From positions 65,596,001 to 65,660,000 of the forward strand of contig NC_042998.1 in the NCBI RefSeq assembly GCF_006345805.1: a DNA stretch of 64,000 nt, in the 5' to 3' direction. The stretch is from Octopus sinensis (taxonomy: Eukaryota). The translations under genes were made by a program, and so were the position numbers. The first letter of the stretch is position 1, and every line of letters begins with the position of its first letter. This document shows positions 51,590 through 64,000 of the stretch, piece after piece. A model generated the notes under the pieces. That model saw only the letters and a program-made list of their open reading frames with translations, had not been told where the DNA came from and ran no database searches.

Positions 51590-53032
51590 TACATGTAAGT
51601 TCTCTAGACATCCTAGTGTTTGAAGCTATACTCATGAAGTAATGTAGATAATTAAACAGATTTCTAAAGTTCATTAAAATTCTTTAAAGATGATGTACAG
51701 TCTTATCACAGAATTTTAAAAAAGTTTTGATAGCATCACAGAGAAGGTGACCTAATCCATATGAATTTCCATAGATATGATGAGGGATTATATACTCACA
51801 GAAGACAAATTTATCCATTGTTAATTACAACGAGGTGGGTCTCAATTCCTGCTTATTAGCATTACAGAGAGGGTGAATTAATCCTTTGTATAGATGCACA
51901 GATTCCAATGGTGTAGATGTAAATTTCCAGAGAAATGGAGATGAATTTCATATTCACAGGCGATAAATTTTACAATGGTTGAACACAATGAGGTAGGTAT
52001 CAATCCTTGTTATATGATTAGGTATTTGCCACATTAATCACATTACTGCTATTCACAAGAGGCTGTAGCTATTTAACTCTTAAAGGCTGAAGGGCTTTCT
52101 AGATCGGCCAAGAATAGAGAAGGGAATAGAAGAAAAGAGAGAAAATAATGGAGGAGGGAGCAACAAGGGGGGGAAAGGGGGACTAAAAGAGAAGAGAAAA
52201 GGAAACAGAGAATAAGAAGAAGAAAAAGAAAAAAGAGAAAAGAGAAAGAAATAGGGAAAGAAGGGAAAAAAAGAAAAAGAAAAAAGAGGGTTCTAGTTAT
52301 ACAGAAGAGTTAGTAGACTGCAAGTCTGGTTTTAATCAGCAGGCATCTAGGAACTAGAGGAGAATATTATTCTTTGACCAGTAAACCGTTAATTTATTGC
52401 TGTTGAAATCAGCTATGAGTTTAAAGAGAATCTAAAGAGATAACACAGTCAGGGGTTAAGGGGTCAGATGCTAAAATCACCAGAAAATACATTAGGAAAA
52501 TCTAAGTATAATCTTATCAAAAAGTCATTAAAAATTTACTTATTTAATTTATTCATTTTATTGTCTTAAGGAGTTGTCGTTATTATTCATACATTGACTG
52601 ACTACAGGTCAAATCTTATAAGATCATTTACAAGGTGTTAGGGGATTGTCTATCATAATGAAGATAATCATATTATCACCGAGGGAATAGCCTTATTTAT
52701 TTAATTATGAAATAGAATTATGGGGCTACAGTAACTCATTATAATTTATTAGAGTTATGCTACTTAAATTAGATTAAGTTAGGAATTAAAATTAAATATT
52801 ACAATTAAGATTTGAAATTAAGAATTTAAAAATTGTGAGTTTGAAATTAAATAAAGCCTCAATTAAGTAGCGAATAAGTACTATTCATTTCCCTGTTCTC
52901 AAAAAACTGATGCAGATATAAGGAAAAAGATAAAGATAACTGTAATGTGAGAACTCTTAGTTATCTACTTAAAGCAGTGCTATACTAGTAGAAATCAAGT
53001 TATATCTATCTATCTAGTTATGAATATTCCAA

Positions 53033-55492
53033 TCATTTAAAATATTTTAAAGTCTTCAATTTAGCGTGGACACAAACTTGACCTAGTTCGATATGGTTAT
53101 TCAATAAGTTTCTATGTTTACTATGCTTTAGAATTTCGTACGTCTCCATGGAGCATAATTGACAACCAACCCTACTATTTTTATACGGAATTGCTCTCCT
53201 AACTATTTCCCAATTAAGGGTATAATTTTTATTATTATTTTTGAGTTCCCAGATTTTGTTTGAAAGTGTGGTGGTACCAGCTTTATGACGTAATTTAAAA
53301 GTCGAGATGTGATTTCTAACTCTGGCTAAAAAATTAATTGTACAGCCAATGTAAAAATATTTGTTATTCTCCGTGGATATGGTACATTTATAGATTACAT
53401 TATTTTCCCTACATAGACCAGGTGCCGGGCATTTTGATTTTATTCTACACTTACACACAGGAGGAACAACTTCAGGCCTTGGATTATTCCTGGGTAGATG
53501 TTTAAGGTTCCTATTATTTTGATTATCATTTCTATAGTTGGTGCTGATATCTAAAGTATTGCTATTATTTATTGATCCTTCTGTTTCATCATTTAGGTGT
53601 AAAGTCCTACCAAGATTTCTTATATTATTCGTAATGTTATTATTATTGTTAGTCTTTTTATCCAACTGCATATTATTGTTATAGATATCACTGATATTTT
53701 CATTCTCCTTATTTTCTCCATTAGCCTTATTTCTATTATTTCTATTATTAACAATATTACTTCTATTAATATCGGCATTGTTATTATTACTATTAATGTT
53801 AATGTTATTAGTCATTCTGTGGTTACTAATTTCACCTATGTTTTGATAGTTCCTATTGCTGTTTTTATTGTTGGTAGTATTATTGTTATTGCTATTGGTA
53901 TTCATGCTGATATTATTATTTTTATTTCTATCTTTCCTGGCTAGTTTAATGTTGTTATTATTAATTTTAGCTATTAAAGTGGACATATTTGGGAGGGTTG
54001 AATAAGAAATCCTAACTGTTTTCCTAGAAATAATTCTATGATATCTATGAGAGTTAGGGAAATTTTTTTCCAGAATCACTTTGAATTTGTTCTGTATATC
54101 CGATTGTATCGCACAGTTGAAAGGAATATTCAGCCATAATATATCTTTTTTATAAAATTTAGGGTTCGTAGAATTACTACTATTCATCTCACCGGAGTTA
54201 TTGTATTTATTACCATTATTTTTATTTTTATTTGTGTGCATCTTAGGTTTATCTACTTCAATCTTATCCGAGTTACCTATGTTCTGGTCAATGCTTCTAT
54301 TTGAATTGTTGGGCCTGTACTCTAGATTAGCGTTTACCGTTAATTTAATTCTACTTTTATTTCGGGCTTGGTCTTTTTTGCTGCTTACGTGATTACTGAT
54401 AACTTCATTATTAGGAATACGTGAGTTCCCCTTATCAACGAATGTAATCTTTTGGTTGTATCCAGCCTTAGTTAACGCCGCATTATAATGCTCAGAATGG
54501 GAGTTAAATATATCCTTATTGGATGATAATTTTGAAATTCTTAATGAAATATTTCTTACTAAAGATTCTATTATATTTGGGGGATGATTTGATAATTTAT
54601 TTACGTAATTCGTGACTTCGCCTTCCTTTCTAAATGGGTAATGTAGCTTGGAGTTAAGGTCTAGGGTAATATCTAGGAAATTAGCTATTTTAGTGCCCGG
54701 TTCATACGTTATACTGAGGTTGAAGTCCTTAAAGAACTTATTAATTTTCTTTCTAATCCTTTCTATAACAGATTTATTATTACTAGGGATAACAAACAGA
54801 GCATCATCCCTATATAGACTCCCCTGTATTTCTGGGATATCCTTGCTTATGCATTTTAATAGATATGCGCCTACTAGGTTGGTTACCTCAGCCGAATCAC
54901 TGGAGCCCATTGGTATATCAAAAAAATTTGGTGTATCTGCTCTAGTCCATAATTTATCTTCAAATTCAATAAATGTCTTCCTAGCTAGTAGCACAATATT
55001 GATTTCTTCTCTAGTTATGAGGGAGCGATTCATGGCAAATATTAGTGATTTGTTGAGTAAGATAGGGGAAATGCTAGAGTAATAACTATTAATATCGAAC
55101 TGAATAAAGGACAGACTACTAGTATTAGTTAGAGAGTTAAACCATTTTAGAACTTCGTCGGTACTTAGCCATAGGTTTAAGGGGAGAAGAGGGGTTATTT
55201 GGGGTAGAACAGTATCCAGGATAGATTTACTAAGTCGGCCAATGTCCGACTTAGTTGGACAGATCAGCCTTATCGAAGGGTTATCCAAGAAGTCCTTTTT
55301 GTGGTCTTTAAGGTTGATCCTGGGCTCACAGGGTTTAAGTGGCTCCGTTCTATCTGTTAAATTTAGTTTCTCCATGATCTCTTTCATTTCCATGTTTACT
55401 TTTTTCAAATTGTTCTTAGTTGTAATTTTATATTTGGAGTTTAGTTCTTTCCTAATTAATTTGCTATAAATATCGTAATCAACTCTATACAT
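53033..55492 (-). CDS. PLE polyprotein (RT YRDD + CxCx5C linker + GIY-YIG), 819 aa, N-terminally truncated
   Basis: LKDHK..RLICPTKSD, FDINSYY, PMGSSDSAE, SLYRDD, NFLDITLDL, SNHPP, CKCRIKSKCP, VIY..FYIG, CQLC, CVH; no stops. Confidence 0.92.
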   Translation of the reverse strand: MYRVDYDIYSKLIRKELNSKYKITTKNNLKKVNMEMKEIMEKLNLTDRTEPLKPCEPRINLKDHKKDFLDNPSIRLICPTKSDIGRLSKSILDTVLPQITPLLPLNLWLSTDEVLKWFNSLTNTSSLSFIQFDINSYYSSISPILLNKSLIFAMNRSLITREEINIVLLARKTFIEFEDKLWTRADTPNFFDIPMGSSDSAEVTNLVGAYLLKCISKDIPEIQGSLYRDDALFVIPSNNKSVIERIRKKINKFFKDFNLSITYEPGTKIANFLDITLDLNSKLHYPFRKEGEVTNYVNKLSNHPPNIIESLVRNISLRISKLSSNKDIFNSHSEHYNAALTKAGYNQKITFVDKGNSRIPNNEVISNHVSSKKDQARNKSRIKLTVNANLEYRPNNSNRSIDQNIGNSDKIEVDKPKMHTNKNKNNGNKYNNSGEMNSSNSTNPKFYKKDILWLNIPFNCAIQSDIQNKFKVILEKNFPNSHRYHRIISRKTVRISYSTLPNMSTLIAKINNNNIKLARKDRNKNNNISMNTNSNNNNTTNNKNSNRNYQNIGEISNHRMTNNININSNNNNADINRSNIVNNRNNRNKANGENKENENISDIYNNNMQLDKKTNNNNNITNNIRNLGRTLHLNDETEGSINNSNTLDISTNYRNDNQNNRNLKHLPRNNPRPEVVPPVCKCRIKSKCPAPGLCRENNVIYKCTISTENNKYFYIGCTINFLARVRNHISTFKLRHKAGTTTLSNKIWELKNNNKNYTLNWEIVRRAIPYKNSRVGCQLCSMETYEILKHSKHRNLLNNHIELGQVCVHAKLKTLKYFK

Positions 55493-57035
55493 ATTACCCG
55501 TTTTATCTCGTTTATATGCTGTAATCTTTGCAACTTTTAATAAAACCTGTCCTTGTATGAAAAGATCGTACTAAAAACCTATCCATTCTTGTTGCTTCTT
55601 TCTCGCGTATATATATATATATATATAAAACAGAAAGAGAGAGGAAGGAGGGAAAGAAAGAGTGTAACATATATTACCAGTAGCAATAATGCATCTTTCT
55701 ATACTCAGGTTTATGTATTCAAGTTTCAATGGATGTGATTAAATTAGAAGTTTCCACCTCCGACAAATGGATATTACGGATATATAAGCAAATTGAATCA
55801 CAGTATGATGGACTAAGTATTTGTAATATTTTAATATACCTATCGATATTGTAGCTGTAAAGTATAGAGAAATATTTTCGGTAGAGTTGAATAGAAATAG
55901 CCTGTTTGAGTTTCTATGCAAGTGATGGTGAAAACGATGGCAAATAATATAATAGTAATTAACAAAAGATGACAGCTGCGTATGTGAAAAAAATGTCTGA
56001 GAGGAAGTTTAATATATAATATTGTTTGTCTTGAATGACCAGAAAATTTTATGAGTCTATGACTACGATGTCGCTGAGTTCCAAAATGAGAGTTTTGCAT
56101 AGTATCAGATAATACTGATAAAAACTGAGAATATCCGATATTGCAAATTCAAAATTTGTCTATTAAAACTTAATCTCTGTAATATTTGTAATAAAGACAT
56201 AAATATTTCATACAATAATTTTTTCCTAAATCAAGTTAAGACTTATTTTCCAAATAAATAAAGGATCTAGTGTGTATATGTAATGACAATTTATAGTAAT
56301 ATTTTTATTTATTTTACGTGATATGAGAACAATCATTTTAAATGTGAAAGAAATACAAATGCGAAGACGAAAGAGTGATAATTAATTCCAGAAGAATGAA
56401 TTATTTTTTATATCAAACTTCTTATAAAATACTTCTCTAAGCAGTAAATTAAAAAGATACGTGGTAAGAATAATATATTTAGGAAAATGAACTTAATGAA
56501 TATATATTTTTTTATATTGGACAATTATCTTTACGCTCTGTTGAATTATGCTCCAGTTTGTTGTATACTAATCACTTCAAAAGGAAACGAAATATAAATA
56601 AGATTAAATCTAAGATGATACGGTTGCTGCTAATACTTTGATAAAAAGACCCGAAGCAGTACAGATCACATGACAAAGGTCTTTTTATATATTATAGAAG
56701 TTTCTGTAAAACATACGTTCGTTTTCGGTTGAAATATTTTCGTCTTCTAATGTAATGTCACTAACAGTAGTAAGAGTTATAATCTACAAAGGTATTTATC
56801 AAAAAATTTCAAACTATGTTGAATTGATAAAATTTGGCTTACCCTGCGGGTTATTTACCAATAATTTATAAGATATATTTACATACATGTATATATGTGT
56901 GTTGAAGATGTGTATGTGCACTTGCTTTGTACTGTGCGACACCTATATTAGAAAAGAAAACTATTAGAAAACTCTATATTGGAACACTGTACCCTGTTTA
57001 CATATGAGGGAAGATAAAGCATTCAATTTATAAAT

Positions 57036-57440
57036 AGTAACTGTGTGGTAAGAAGGTTGATACCTAACCACATGGTTCCATGTTCAGTCCTACTGCGAGA
57101 CACCTTGGGCAAGAATCTTCTGCTATAGCCTCAACCCAACCAAAGCCTTTTGAGTGGATTTGGTAGATGGAAACTGAAAGAAGCCCGTATTGTATATATA
57201 TATGCATGTATGCATGTATGCATGTATTTTTGTGTCTGTGTTTGTCCCCCCAGCATCACTTGACCACCGATGTTGGTGGGTTTAAGTCCCCGTAACTTAG
57301 CGGTTCGGGAAAAGAGGCCGATAAAATAATTACTAGGCTTACAAATAAAAAATGTCCTTAGGTAGATTTATTGGACTAAATGCTGTGCTCCAGCGTGGCT
57401 GCAGTAAAATTATCGAAACAAGGAAAAAAATAGAGTAAAG
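57036..57440 (+). mobile_element. SINE family Y, diverged full-length copy
   Basis: ctgtgtggtaagaag..ggttccatgttcagtcc..ggtagatggaaactgaaagaagcccgt..gtaacttagcggttcgg..gctccagc.tggc.gcagt. Confidence 0.82.
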
Positions 57441-57711
57441 TGACGACATTGCCTATTCCACAAACCGCATCCCTAAAATGTCAATTGCCAGGGTATATAA
57501 TATTTTATATTTTGAAGAGTACTTTTATAATAATTGAAACGAAGTTTATTTTTAAAGCGTTTATCAATAACTTTGGGCTTTTCTCAAGTGTTACACATAC
57601 GAAATAAATAAGCGAAACTTCATGCGCAGGTACACATCACATTTCCAGGAAATCTATTTATTAGATGATGTGTAACCCCGCTGCAGTACATTAATTCTAC
57701 AAATTCAAAGT

Positions 57712-57868
<157 letters not shown>

Positions 57869-60237
57869 TCGTTTCTTTGTAATCTTCTAGCTCCTGCGAT
57901 AACTGTATCCAAATATTTTTTCGCCAGCTGACGTACCCGGGAAAGCGGGGCTCGTCCCTTAGTTCCGTTCTCATAACTGTTTCGCTAATCCAATAACAAT
58001 ACAAAGTATGTTGCCCTTAAAACACTTTTCGTGTATTTGCAGAGACTACAGAACTGTCTTCCACTGGATCTTGTTTTTAGGAAATCCCAATAAGTTATGT
58101 ATACCCAAATTGTGAAGTTGGTTATGTAATAACATAAAATTAGTAACCCGATAGTAATATTTCAAATAAAATAGCCCTGAAAAGGGCTTTAATGCGTTCC
58201 CAGAGTATATAGAACTTAGTACAAAACATCAATAAGGTATCTATTGTGAAGCATGTTACGTAATAACAGACTAATCATATATGAGATAATAACAATTCAA
58301 ATAACTTTGAAACAGATTTTCGTGCGTTCCCAGAGAATATTACCCTAAGGGCGCTAGTGTTGGTATATTCATGAATATATCACGAAATGAGTGGATCTGT
58401 TTTTAGGAAACTACCATTTACGTGGTTAAGCGTTGTACTGGATATACAACGAAAATAACTCTAACGGTACACAATACTAAGAAATAAGCATACTCAATTT
58501 GGTTTACACAAAATGATTCCGGGAATTGAATTGGTTATTTTCACTGGCTGTTAAAATCTGGGAGAATGGGTTATTTCCCTTGCCTGTTAAAATGAATATA
58601 GATATACATAAGGATACATAAGGATATAGATATACATAAGATATACATAAGGATATATATATATACATAAGGATCCCTACCAGGGGCCCTATGATCAATT
58701 TGTTTTCAACTATCGAAGAATGCCATGATGTTTCCAGACATGAGTTCCACTCACATGTCACGTTTCATCAAAATCAATAAAATGATATAGTATGAGTTAG
58801 GTAACAACTCCATAGACAGAATTTCCCACATATGTTGTAGATAAAATCAGGCGTCGTGCTTGGCACCTGCACTCTACTGGTAGAGAAGAACATATTACTA
58901 GTGTCAGTATTTTTAAGTAAGGTCCCTATGTTTAATGATATCTTTAGAGTAGATGTCATTTAGAGTAGCCTTTTAACTCGTCTATAATTAATAACTTCAC
59001 TCTGCCATCTACACTCGTGATTACCAGATTAATCTCCCACCTACTTTACATTTAATTAATTTTGGTAATTCTGAGAAATTGCAGTTGTATATGTATGTAT
59101 GCATGCATGTAAGTATGTATGTATGTATGTATGTATGTATGTATGCATGCATGTATGTATGCATGCATGTATGTATGTATGTATGTATGTATGCATGTAT
59201 GTATGTATGTATAAGATATGGTGGTGCTCCAGCATGATCGCAAGTGCATGGTTGAAACGAAGAAATGAATAAAAGAAAGAATCCGTTTATGAAACTAATT
59301 CCAGTTATCAGAATTTTTTGCTGAAGAGATAAATAAGACTTGTTTAAGGTTGGAGTTTGCAATAATATTTGTAGTTAATAGCTTGCAAATGTTCCCACAA
59401 TTCCATCTCGCAATATATCTTGTGGCATATCGTCGCTTGACAAACGGTGCCAGTATGTTTATATCACCGTAATTTAGAGCTTCTGCGAAAGAGACCGAGA
59501 GCATACGTACCTAGCTTTTTAAAAATAATTAATAGGGTCGCTATATTTGATTATAAAATTTTTGAAGGCGGTGCTCCATTATGGCCACAGTTTAATGTCT
59601 GAAACAAGCCAGGGAGTGAAGTTAAGGGATATTAACTCATCTTTATTTATTACTAGACATCGTGTATCTGAATCATCTACATGCCTCACATACACATATA
59701 AAACTCCCCCATAAATTAGACTTAGGCACATATATACAAATACACATTCGTATAAAGGGACACTCACATAGATATATATATCTATATATTTGTGTGCGCA
59801 TGTATGTATGCGTGAGAGAGTTGCGTGCGTGTGTGCGTGTGTACATGCACATGTGTCTTTTGTAACAGTCCGCAAAAGACTAAAGCATAGCGAGTGGGTT
59901 TGGTAGACGGACAATGAAAGAAATTCGACGTATATACATCCATGTGTATACGTCATTCAGTCAGTGTTTGTCCACTACAACCGCTCGTCAGCCAGTGTTG
60001 CTATGCTGATGTCCCGAAATACATATATATATATATATAAATATATATATACGAAGCCTTGTTTTGGATGTGTCCTTTGCAGTGTACAGCGAGAGCACGT
60101 TCGCCACTTGTGGCTACCGGGCGTCATTCGCAGTACTACACTTTCGTCGCAGTATCTACCAAACGAATTCCTCGGTACGCGAGCTTAATACTGTAGTGCA
60201 CCCTACTACGTTCTGAATAGAATATGCCATAACTAAG

Positions 60238-60282
60238 ATCATCATCATCATCATCATCATCGTCGTCGTCATCACCACCACC

Positions 60283-60329
<47 letters not shown>

Positions 60330-60352
60330 TATCATCATCATCATCATCATCA

Positions 60353-60391
<39 letters not shown>

Positions 60392-60408
60392 GTATCATCA
60401 TTATCATT
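60238..60408. repeat. Compound (CAT)n/(CAC)n/(ATT)n microsatellite, tail of the adjacent Dong copy
   Basis: Direct reading. Confidence 0.95.
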
Positions 60409-61229
60409 CTATGTTTGACTTTTGCTTCACATTTTCACAAGCCGGCTCCAAGTCTCACCCAGAGACCTCAAGAGACAACAAGTTGGAAGTTCGTGTTGGT
60501 GTTATGCCTAGGGTGCCATATATTTGGTTTTGTATTTAGTGTTATACTAGAGAATGTCTAAAAAACCATACGAAATGTATGTTTGTTTTAAATCTTGAGA
60601 TTACATAGAAAGTATTTTGTGTAGGATATGAACAGTTCCCATGAGCACTATCATTTGAATTTCTGCCATTTGGGGTTTCATGGTATCTGAGTTAGGTAGT
60701 AATCAGCCTCTTTTGCTATCATTCCCACGACACCTATGACAACAGACAGTGTTTTAGTCTTCATGTTCCACATTTTGCTGATTTCTATTTCCAGATCTTT
60801 ATATTTGCTCAGTTTCTGGTAGGTCTTGACAGATGCGTTGATATCGATTGAGTCAGTCATATCAATGAGGAGGCGTGTTTTTTTATCTGAAGTCTTTTAC
60901 TGTGATGTCTGGCCTATTCGCATTTATCATTCTGTCAGTTTGAATGGTGAAGTTCCAGCGGAGTGAGATGTGGTCATTTTCAAGCAATGGAGGTGGTTTG
61001 TGTTCCTACCAGTTTTTTTCATGGGGCAAATCCAGGTTTTTGCAAATTACCATGTGAATATATTGTGCAGTTCTATCATGCCTGTTGAGATACTCTGTAG
61101 GCGCACGAAGACTGCACTTGGAGACAACATGATCAATGGTTTCATTTTGTTGTTGACATACACGACATGTTGAGCTACTGCCGTTCTTTAATATATTGTC
61201 CTGGTAGTTCCTTGTAGGTAGGCATTGAT
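60409..61229 (-). mobile_element. R4/Dong subfamily 1, 5'-truncated and decayed
   Basis: QCLPTRNYQ..CRVC..ETIDHVVSKC..RHDR..KLSKYKDLEIEISKMW and the subfamily 1 3' UTR; several frameshifts. Confidence 0.9.
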
Positions 61230-61278
61230 AATAATAATAATAATAATAGTAATAATAACAATAATAATAATAATAATA

Positions 61279-63530
61279 GGAAAGGATAAAATTCCTAACT
61301 TCTGGCTGAATGCCTTCCCAGAGAGCCATGAACTACTAACAGAACTGTACAATGATGTTTTGCAACACCCTAGTAGGATGCCTCCTTGGCTAGTTAATGG
61401 GTTAACATTCCTGCTTCCAAAAAGTGAAGAAACAAATGAACCAAAAAACTATAGACCCATAACCTGCTTAACAACTATGTACAAAACACTAACATCTGTC
61501 CTGACGGAATATACCTATAGTTTTTTAACAGACAGCAGCATATTCCCTAATGAACAGAAAGGATGTAAACGTGGATCCTACGGCTGTAAAGACCAACTAC
61601 TCATCAATAAGATGATCTTAGAAGATTGTCACAAACGACACAAAAACTTATCAATAGCCTGGATAGACTATAAAAAGGCTTTTGATAGCCTACCACATAG
61701 CTGGATTAGGAAATGCCTTGAAATGTATAAGATAGCACCAACTCTGCGAAACTTCTTGACTGTAAGTATGAGATCATGGAGAACCACACTAACTCTGAAC
61801 AGTGACAGTGAATCCCTAAATGCTGGTGATGTAAAAATTTCGTGTGGCATTTTCCAGGGTGACTCACTGTCACCACTCCTCTTTTGTTTATCCTTAATAC
61901 CTCTCTCAAAGCTGCTCAATGACGCGCAGTACGGGTATAAAATGTTTGATAAAAATATAAATCATCTCGTTTACGTGGATGATTTAAAGCTTTTTGCAAA
62001 AAATGATCAACAACTCAAGGGCTTACTAGCGATAGTCAAACAATTCAGTGACGACATCAGAATGCAATTCGGCCTCGATAAATGTGCAAAGGCTACCTTT
62101 ATCAAAGGAAAAATGACAGAAACATCTAACGTTAACCTTGACCAACAGAATGTCATAAAAGAACTAGACCCAGCGGAGAGCTACAAGTACCTAGGGGTAA
62201 TTGAAGGGAACGGAATAAGGCATTCAGAGATGAAGGAAAGGATCAGGAGAGAATGCTATCGAAGAGTGAGAGCAATACTCAAGACAGAGCTGAATGCAAG
62301 AAACAGGATCGAAGCAATCAATGCATTGGCTATACCAGTCGTGACTTACAGTTTCAATATGTTAACTGGTCAATTACTGAAATATGTCAGCTCGACAGAA
62401 AAATAAGGAAACTGTTGACAATGCATAGAATGCACCACCCTAAGGCAGATACAGAACGACTCTATCTGCCAAGAAAAGAGGGAGGCCGTGGTCTTTTGCA
62501 ACTGGCAATAACAATGAAGATTGCTACAATTGGCCTAGACACCTACCTGAAAAACTCTGAGGACTGGATGTTAAAACTTGTCTCAAAACATGAAAACAAG
62601 AAAGCATCATACTCAGTCACAAAACAGGCAAAGGAATATCTAAGTGAATTCCGAATACAACCAATTTCGGAATTAGAGATAGACATACAAGAAACAAGCA
62701 CAGAAAAAGCTAGGCGCATGAAAACCCGTGCCAAAACTGCGGCCTTAGATATTCTGAATAATAAATGGCAAGAAAAACCTCTCTATGGCAAATACCCAAA
62801 GAGAGCGAATAATGCAGATATCGACAAAGCCCTGACCCATCAATGGCTAATGGCCTCTGGCTTAAAATCTGAAACAGAGGGGTTTATCATAGCAGCTCAA
62901 GATCAATGCCTACCAACAAGAAACTACCAGGCCAACATATTAAAGATCAGAAGCAGTCCAACGTGTCGTGTATGCAAGCAACAAAATGAAACCATTGACC
63001 ATGTGGTCTCCAAGTGCAGTCTTCTAGCGCCTACAGAGTATCTCAACAGGCACGATAGAGCTGCACAATATATTCACTGGGTAATCTGTAAAAACCTGGA
63101 TTTGCCCCATGAAAAAAACTGGTGGGAACACAAACCACCCCCAGTGCTTGAAAATGACCACATCTCACTCCTCTGGAACTTCACCATTCAAACTGACAGG
63201 AAGATAGATGCAAATAGGCCAGACATCATATTGAAAGACTTCAAACAAAGAACATGCCTCCTCATTGATATGACTGTCCCAATCGATATAAACGTATCTG
63301 TCAGGACCTACCAAAAACTGAGCAAATATAAAGATCTTGAAATAGAAATCAGCAAAATGTGGAAGCTGAAGACTAAAACAATACCTGTTGTCATAGGTGC
63401 CCTGGGAATGATAGCAAAAGGGGCTGATAGCTACCTAACTCAGATACCAGGAAACCCAAAAATGGCAGAAGTTCAAAAGATAGTGCTCATGGGAACTGCT
63501 CATATCCTACGCAAAATACTCTCTATGTAA
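61279..63530 (+). pseudogene. Dong RT-REL coding region with a single 1-nt frameshift near 62360
   Basis: ORFs 61225-62406 and 62253-63530 join at VTYSFN(I)VNWSITEI. Confidence 0.88.
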
Positions 63531-63750
63531 CCTCAAGGTTTAAAACAACCATAATTTTCGGTTTAAAAAAAAAAAAAAAAAAAAAAAAAACTTTTTTTTT
63601 AGACATTCATTAGTACAACATCCCCACCCCCCAAATATATGGCACACTAGGCATAACAACAACATGAACTTCCAACCCTGTTGTCTCTTGAGGTCTCTGG
63701 GTGAGACTTGGAGCCAACTTGTACAAATATAAAGCAAAAGTCAAACATAG
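61279..63750 (+). mobile_element. R4/Dong subfamily 1, longest copy (RT + CCHC + REL), 5'-truncated
   Basis: KNYRPITCL, EQKGC, WIDYKKAFDS, GIFQGDSLSP, YVDD, YKYLG, then CRVC..H..C, RHD, RPD..D..K; (AAT)n on both flanks. Confidence 0.94.
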
Positions 63751-63775
63751 AATAATAATAATAATAATAATGATA

Positions 63776-64000
63776 GATGCAGTACCAGGCAGTGGCTCTC
63801 ATGGCTTCTGATCTTAACTGATTGGAAGTGTTATCGTGTACATTGTTTTATCTTGGTATAAAAGATTGGCTACAACAAATATTCTGCTCAATACCACATA
63901 TTTGCTTTTCAGTTGTTTGACCTTAACAAGTTGAGCATGTCCCTTAGTGGCTGATGATATCTGCATCTCTGATCACGAGCAGAAGTTGTGGGGGAGCATC
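63776..64000. mobile_element. 554-bp element, copy running off the window end
   Basis: gatgcagtaccaggcagtggctctcatggcttctgatcttaactgattggaag.. matches the reverse complement of 12585-12805. Confidence 0.88.

Larger units (their letters stand above)
51469..55606 (-). mobile_element. 5'-truncated PLE with 1.56-kb 3' UTR/pseudo-LTR and a 100-bp inverted 5' segment
   Basis: RT + GIY-YIG ORF; 55507-55606 is the reverse complement of 51469-51568; (TA)n at 55607. Confidence 0.92.

Noticed and set aside
54648-55082. 144-aa antisense ORF and other antisense ORFs over RT genes (e.g. 46161-46604, 61668-61919)
   Set aside because: They are shadow frames of the sense-strand retroelement ORFs, with no independent motifs.
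53033-55492. Naiad-type selenoprotein PLE
   Set aside because: Naiad/Chlamys elements have an N-terminal endonuclease; here it is C-terminal and there is no in-frame TGA.

Overview
This is AT-rich eukaryotic, repeat-dominated DNA with no prokaryotic features, no CRISPR array and no confidently identifiable host gene. The SINE families, the microsatellite load and the retroelement mix look like an octopus (cephalopod) genome; that is inference from recalled repeat families, not a search. Main contents: (1) Penelope-like elements (PLEs, RT + GIY-YIG) of two clades: a Neptune-type copy at 1-3.86 kb; a 5'-truncated copy at 51.5-55.6 kb whose 819-aa ORF is uninterrupted and carries two long Asn-rich inserts; a decayed relative at 36.8-38 kb; and an inverted-repeat fragment at 42.9-44.6 kb. 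(2) At least six type I hammerhead ribozyme (HHR) motifs in PLE pseudo-LTRs, with palindromic stem III, a long (53-60 nt) stem II and covariation between copies, plus several weaker HHR-like motifs. (3) R4/Dong-clade non-LTR elements (RT-CCHC-REL) of at least three subfamilies stacked in (AAT)n arrays, accompanied by a 554-bp non-coding element of unknown type. (4) Many tRNA-derived SINEs, a foldback/MITE-like element, and RTE and CR1-like relics. There are also a few low-confidence candidate host exons.
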